A stretch of DNA of 52,508 nucleotides, filler included, from Piedraia hortae CBS 480.64 (Eukaryota), in the NCBI GenBank assembly GCA_010093745.1. It is 10 parts of 10 records of this genome, joined end to end, with 100 filler letters (N's around TTAATTAATTAA, not from the genome) between each part and the next. Parts side by side here need not be neighbours in the genome. Positions count along the whole stretch, not along the records: positions 45,044 to 48,371 come from MU006083.1; positions 48,472 to 50,447 come from MU006086.1; positions 50,548 to 52,508 come from MU006087.1; 7 more parts are not named here. One strand, 5' to 3'. Position numbers and translations under genes: made by a program. Below, piece by piece: positions 46,224 through 52,508 of this stretch (within the stretch, counting starts at the first letter, position 1; each line of letters begins with the position of its first letter). The notes beneath the pieces are model-generated. The model was not told the DNA's origin, did not search any database, and was given only the letters and a program-made list of their open reading frames with translations.

Positions 46224-47793
46224 GTTGTGTTGTAGAAAGAAGGAAGCCGCTTGTTTCTGTTAAACAAAACGAAACCTGAGCTTCATTTGAGTAAAGTCTG
46301 ACCATGTATTGTTTACTGGGGTCAAGTCGCGCGTACACAGGTGACGTCTGACTGTTTACTGGGTCTAAGGCACGTTTGAAAAGTTTACCTATCTTCACTA
46401 GAAAGTAAAACAGGGCTTCCGCCGCACTCAACTTAGCAACACTACTGCGAGTGGTAAGGCAGATGGGTCTCATGCGAGCACACAATACCATTGAAATTGT
46501 TGGCGTTGCAAAAGAGAAGAAAAGCACATGAGCTTTGACAGCAATGAACAATTAACTCTTTGCAGTCAACAAATTCCTTATGAGCGACACAGATCAACTG
46601 ATACGCATGTCTCTTCCTAATTATGTTAAGCCTCCAATGTCAAAATCTCATTCCTCGCAAACTTCTATTCCTTGGACTGAGCCTGCAAGCATTCGCCAAG
46701 ACCATGTGATACGACGTGATCTCATCTAAGGCGCGTGACTTCGGCTGATGCCGTTCGGTCCAAGGCGGGCCCCACACTTTGTCTCAACTTTTCTTGCACA
46801 CACTCCTAACTACAAGACCCCATATTATATTCCATTTCCAGGGCGCAAATCCCATGAATGTCAAAACGTACCGCAATACCAAGCACAGCTAACCTCAGCA
46901 TAAACCAATTTAGAAAGAGGGGCTAATGTCAGCCTGTCTGGCTCATAAAGCGCAAGCGGTATGAGTTGTTACCCCTTTGAACGCATTCATAGAAGAGGCA
47001 ATCATCACCTTATTAATATGACTCTACTTGAAGAGGGTCCCAGGATATCCTACTGTTAAACTGTGGCCTAACGCTTTGAAACCATAGAACTGCACTTCCT
47101 CCAGTGTTGAGAAAAAGCTTAATTGCAGGGAATGCTCATTTGCAGCAACAGTTATCAGCCGGTAACCTAGTAGCGTCCTAAAAATCAGGTGGGACACAGT
47201 ATCACCCAGTAAATGCTTCCAGAGAACGCCATGCCGCCACATCATATTTGCCCAATTAATTCACGCACAGAAGCTCCACGACAGTATCACCTGGAAAATA
47301 TGTACCGAGGACGTACAGTTGAACATGCATGGCTTTCCTGTTCGAAGCAATGGCCGGAGGAAGGGCCAGTAAGCTTGCCCATGCGAAACGGACTTCGCAG
47401 GTTTCTTGATCTCGTCAAGAGGTTATCCTCCTGGGACTACTACAGGGCGTTGACAACTGCGACTGAGCCCCTGCAATAGGGTAGAGTCATCCTTTTCCCG
47501 CACGCTTCTTCTTCGCTGGTCCCAGGTGCACCACACGAGTCCGCACAACGCTTTAACACCTCTGGCGTTTACAAGATCACACCCGTTACCAACCGATGAG
47601 CTGTCCAAACCTGCACACCAAGACCACACCTAGATTTGGATGAGATGGCTTTTTGTGAAAACCCTAGCTACAGCCCCATCGAGCGTTCTGGTGCAGCTTC
47701 TTGATGAGGACTGCACAAACCTTTGGTTGGCCACTGTCACTTGGCTCTCCGCAAGGTGAGGTGAGACACCTGTGTGTTCAGACTGATAAAAGC

Positions 47794-47896
47794 TGTCAGG
47801 GTACGCCTTGGAACCATGTTATCGCGCGAGGAGATGACTCCAGGCGCGCTACCTCAACTACAGAGAGCACGGACCCCGTCGGCATTAGCCGTGACA
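47794..47896 (+). mobile_element. Solo LTR family D (103 bp)
   Basis: TGTCA...TGACA termini flanked by TSD AAAGC (47789-47793, 47897-47901); second copy at 35483. Confidence 0.85.
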
Positions 47897-48312
47897 AAAG
47901 CCTAAGTCTGTGGATTGTGCAAGCAGGAAGGTCTCGACCAATTCATTGTGTGAATGATGCGATTGTGTGCAAATGCAAGGGCCTCAAGTTTTCGGAATGG
48001 TCCATGTGGATTATTATCATCATTTCCGCGTGTCTAGTTTGTTATGCTTTGCATCCATCACAGCCATGTTCCCTTCGGCGGAGGTGCGGGGTGCCAGCCA
48101 TCCCATTTTCCTTCAACGCAACAGCAGCCTCTGCCCATTTATGACGCAAGCGAGAGAAACCAGCGATCGATGAACTTAACCATTCATGCCACGGTCTGGC
48201 CGTCTATCGCGAAGCCTGATTGGTACAGGAGGTGGTGCGCTGCAATGAAGCGATCGCCGTAGGTGACACGAGCTTTCGCCGAAACCAAGCAAAAGGTGCT
48301 GCTAACATTCAG

Positions 48313-48371
48313 TATTATAATTGTGAGCAGATGTGTACCTGCATACAAATCTCTACGGAAAACTAGTTGAC
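48313..48371 (-). mobile_element. Copia LTR family A, contig-end copy
   Basis: 59-bp match to the LTR 3' end. Confidence 0.9.
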
Positions 48372-48530
48372 NNNNNNNNNNNNNNNNNNNNNNNNNNNNN
48401 NNNNNNNNNNNNNNNTTAATTAATTAANNNNNNNNNNNNNNNNNNNNNNNNNNNNNNNNNNNNNNNNNNNNGTCAACTAGTTTTCCGTAGAGATTTGTAT
48501 GCAGGTACACATCTGCTCACAATTATAATA

Positions 48531-48542
48531 GGTTATGAGCCC
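48531..48542 (+). promoter_or_regulatory. Primer-binding site complementary to the anticodon arm of initiator tRNA-Met
   Basis: GGTTATGAGCCC is the reverse complement of GGGCUCAUAACC of fungal tRNA-iMet and lies immediately after the LTR, as in Ty5 and copia. Confidence 0.88.
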
Positions 48543-48723
48543 GGGCTCTACCGCTAACAAGCGCTATTCAAATTGAGTCTCGAAGCGAAAGCGGAGCTTC
48601 CAGAGACCATGAGCTACGAAAGAAAAAGAGCTGTCATTCTCAAGGCTGGAACGCCATTCGAGGCATGGAACGCTGACTTGCAGGGCGCTCTGAGCCTGGC
48701 AACAGACAAGACCTTGGTCGGAC

Positions 48724-50447
48724 ATGTCTTTCACGACATCCCAGCGGTTCGGGCCATCGGTAAACATGCCGCGGGTCGTCGCAGCAGCCGCAACAGGCAA
48801 TCCAGATCCCGAAGATAGGTGCACAAAGTGCTGGCATAAACACAAAAACAGGGAGTGTTTCAAGCAACACCCCGAGCTGGCACCAACCAATTTCAAGAGC
48901 GGAAAAGGCAGAGCAGTCAAGAAGATCCAACCAATGCGTGGTAACGCTGCCCTTGCAATGCAAAGCGATTCCTCCAGCGATGAGGATGTTCACCAGGTAA
49001 ACACCTCGCCGTCCATTGCCATAAAGACACTCCGAGTGGTTGCTCACGCCTCCAACAGCATTAACGCCGAAGCGTTCCTTCTTGACACCGGATCGAGCTA
49101 CCATTTCATCAAGAGTAAAGCACTGTTCACATCATTGGAGAGAGTTAACCCCCCTGTTCGGTTTAGTCAGGCGGTTACCGAAAGTAAAGCCGAAGAAGTC
49201 GGCAAGGCAACGGTGGAGATAGGAAATACTACATTCCATGTTTCAAAAGCTGCTTACTCACCCAACTCGCCGTGTAACATCTTGTCAGCCGAAAGGCTTT
49301 GGAGGAAGAATAAAGTGTGGGCACACAGACCTTCTTTGACTCTCGTGAAAGAATGCAGGAATGGATCACAGCCCATCGCAAGCCTGAAAGCAATTAATGA
49401 CGTGTTGATAATCGTGCCACTCTCAATATCTAGTACACGATTGCCAACTTCCTTCAAACAAATCATCACGGCTCCAGCTGTCGGAAAGCGCCTGTCAACC
49501 GCCGAACTCTGGCATCAGAGACTTGGACATGTTGGGACAACGATTCTGTCGAGAACGAAACATGTAGCCGTCGGGCTCGAGGGATTAGATCTGTCAGAGC
49601 TTGCACATTGTGAACCATGCCATCTAGGCAAGGCCCAGAGGGTTGTGTCAAGGAAACCGCGACCGATACCTAAGACCCCCCTCGACGAGATTCACGTCGA
49701 TACCGTGGGTCCAGTGGAGCACGATATGTTACAACAACATCGCTGGATATTCATCCTCACAGACGCGAACAGCAGGTTCCGATGGGTGATCACAGGTGCC
49801 ACCAAAGGAGAAGCGGCAACGGGCCTGAAGGACTTCATAATCCAAATGCAGCATCAGTACAGCAAAACTCTGAAGCTCATCTTCACGGACGGAGGAACCG
49901 AATTCCAAAACAAAACAGTCCATGACATTGCTCGAGCGGCCGGCATCAGGATAGATGTTTCGGCACCCTATACACCTGAACAGAATGGGACTGCCGAATC
50001 ATCCAACAAGGTAATCATTAGACGAGCTCGAACGATGCTCATAGACGCCAAGATGCCGCCAGAGTTGTGGCCATTAGCCGTGCACTATTCATGCTACGTA
50101 ACCAATCACATCTTCAACATCAAAACAGAAGCCATACCAGCACAAACGTTCATGAAAGGCTTGGACCAACCCACTGACGACCCATTAGATTTGAGCCACC
50201 TCAAAAGGTTTGGCTGCAAAGCCTATCCATTGATCCAACCGAGTGTCCAATCTAAATGGGTTCCACGAGCAGAGGTCGGCTGGTTCGTAGGGTTTCAACC
50301 GAATACGATGACAAACTACAAAATTCTTGTTTGGAGATGGAATAACAAATTCAACGCCTATCGACCCGTCATCATCATTACGCCTCATGTCTCGTTCGAT
50401 GAGCAATCTGTCTATGGCGATTCGCTTACACTTACACAGCAGCAACA
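48724..50447 (+). CDS. Copia polyprotein (zinc knuckle, aspartic protease, GAG-pre-integrase, integrase), 3'-partial
   Basis: CTKCWHKHKNREC; FLLDTGSSYH; LWHQRLGH...CEPC; IHVDTVGP, TDGGTEF, PEQNGTAE (DDE); LKRFGCKAY. Confidence 0.92.
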
Positions 50448-51070
50448 NNNNNNNNNNNNNNNNNNNNNNNNNNNNNNNNNNNNNNNNNNNNTTAATTAAT
50501 TAANNNNNNNNNNNNNNNNNNNNNNNNNNNNNNNNNNNNNNNNNNNNGGTGCGAGACTTCGCCTGGAATATTTGCCAGGGACATTCCAAGCACACTCGAG
50601 CAAAGGGTTCGATAGAGTGCACAGAAGTTCGAGACCGGTGTTTATGTAGGTTATATTCGTTCCACGTCTCCGACATCTTAAGAAAGAGCCTCTTTCGGGG
50701 ACGTAAACCGGAGGACACGAGGCACTCCATCCTTGTGTACTCTATCTTGTTGATTTTACACCACTAACGACGGGGGGTAGAAGCTTCCGAGAGTAGGTGA
50801 CGCGTGCTGCGCGCCTGCGTGCAGCAGACGTCCCGGCCGGGTTGACCTGTTAGCGCGTCGTGGACTTGACATCCTAGCGTTCCGTGTTGTCAGGGCCATG
50901 CTTCGAGGACGCGTTTACGCGCTGATCCAATCGCCCGCAAACTCCGACCAAACTCCGACCAAACTCCTACTTCCTACCACACTCTCGCACCATACGCACC
51001 CCCTTCCAACGCGTGAGCAGCGGATCTCTACCTACGCCCAATCATACGATATTGCCAGCTGGCGGCAGTC

Positions 51071-52255
51071 ATGGATGATCCTGCAGCCCACATGCCCGGC
51101 CTGATCGCGAACAAGAAGGAGCGCCAGCTCGTAACGGCGCTTTCGACGGATCCCAAGGGGATGGTGGGCAAAGATCTTGTTCGACTTCTGCAAGACACAT
51201 ATGTCTTCTGCCTGGAGCACTTCGCAGGCACCGAGCCGCATGCTCTACCGGCCGAGGTCCTCAAGTCTTACACGCAATTCGAGAAGAAGATCCAAGCATG
51301 GCCCACCGGACGCAAGGGCCCGCGCGCCCACATCCTTGCCTACAAGGCCATCTGCAAGGACATCGATGAAGCCATCAGAGTCCTTGACAGGATGGCCGAC
51401 GCGGCTCACCAGCTTGCAAACCAGACGAACGTAGAGGATGGGTCCCCATCTGCTCCGGGGTCTTGGTACCAGGAAATGCGAAACAGAGCCGCCGAGTCCG
51501 AGTGGAAATCAATTGCTGCAGAGTGCGGCTCGGTTCAGATCCTCCCACCGGCGATGTTCGCGGTGTATGGGAATCTGAACGAGGAGATAAATGGGTACCT
51601 GGGCGGGATGGCTATCGTATGTGCAGGCCGTCCCTTGTAGGACAAAGTGCACGCTAACAATGACCATCAGGGCAATGAAACCGATGACGTAGCCTCCGTC
51701 CTTCGTCAGATGGTGAGTTGCTCATATCTTCGTTGATGGCGTTACTGACAATTATCCAGAAAAGCAAGGTGTTAGGCGAGAAGACCGTTCGTCCGGACGG
51801 GTCAATCGAGTTTTGCATCGCCGTTCCGTCGCACAAGCTCCCTGGCGCCTCATCGGTACGCATACCGCTCCCTGAGAACGCTTTAGCTGACCACGCACGA
51901 CCAGGCGACCCATATCTCAGGTTTTCAGAGCGTGGCCGACCTCGTATCGTGGCTCGAGCAGAACGAGGCTCAGGACGGGGACAGCGTCTCGATAGTCCGC
52001 CTCGTGTGGAATGTACCTGACAGCCGGGGCGATCCCGCCGGGCGCAATAAGGCCATCGCCGAGGACAATCGTCGTGAGGCCGTCGAATCGCCCGACGACA
52101 ATGGGGAAACGAAACACATGATCGAGTCTATGGAAAACACCAGCAGCGATGGAGGCGTTTCCGGCGATCACAAAAGCCATACCAATGGAGATGAGACGTC
52201 CGGTGATGAACATGGCATGACCAGCAACGAAAAGTCGGATTTGAGGATGGAGTAA
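51071..52255 (+). CDS. Hypothetical fungal protein, 4 exons, 344 aa
   Basis: Exons 51071-51616, 51671-51712, 51760-51855 and 51905-52255; three GT-AG introns with CTAAC/CTGAC branch sites splice in frame. Confidence 0.72.
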
Positions 52256-52508
52256 GCGCGTAGCAGTGCCTGTCGCCCCATGGAACAGTAGCATAGTCAG
52301 GTGACGCCTGTGTAGACCATCTTTAGTCTCTATCCCGCGTAGGGTCGTCGCCTTTTCGATAAATCACGAAAACGTTGCGAAATTGGTGCACTGCCACAGA
52401 CGATCAGCGTCCTTTTCGCTCCTCGGAGCATACACGGCGGATCAAGATAATTCCAGTCGCTAACGGTGCTTTTACGAAAACTGGCTGTGATTGCCACCTG
52501 GAAGGCAG

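Larger units (their letters stand above)
48472..50447 (+). mobile_element. Ty1/Copia retrotransposon, 5' portion (LTR A end, PBS, truncated gag, PR-IN)
   Basis: LTR 48472-48530 directly followed by the PBS and by a polyprotein in Copia order (zinc knuckle, protease, integrase). Confidence 0.93.

Overview
This window is not one locus. It holds 10 unplaced contigs, in descending size order, joined by artificial 100-bp linkers (N44-TTAATTAATTAA-N44). Eight contigs are from a compact, intron-poor filamentous ascomycete. Their genes are a peroxisomal ABCD transporter, Zn-ADH, Exo5, a 2OG-Fe(II) oxygenase, an F-box protein, a GH32 fructofuranosidase, an Sln1/TcsB-type histidine kinase, Ams1 alpha-mannosidase, an Atg14-like protein, a Ser/Thr kinase and an orphan 4-exon gene. 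Two contigs are high-GC alphaproteobacterial DNA: one has a MobF relaxase and Fic, the other RbbA/YhhJ-type ABC permeases and a P-type ATPase. The dominant structure is a 124-bp repeat present 14 times, 12 of them at contig ends. It is the very short LTR of a young Ty1/Copia element. Evidence: 5-bp TSDs, non-canonical TG...TA termini, and one copy followed by a half-tRNA-iMet PBS and an open protease-integrase ORF with most of gag missing. Several copies sit within tens to hundreds of bp of host start codons. Also present are three other short solo-LTR families (one nested inside the first), an inverted-repeat-bounded segment with a decayed IS3/rve-type DDE gene, LINE/Gypsy/Copia relics, and a degenerate 21-bp tandem array.
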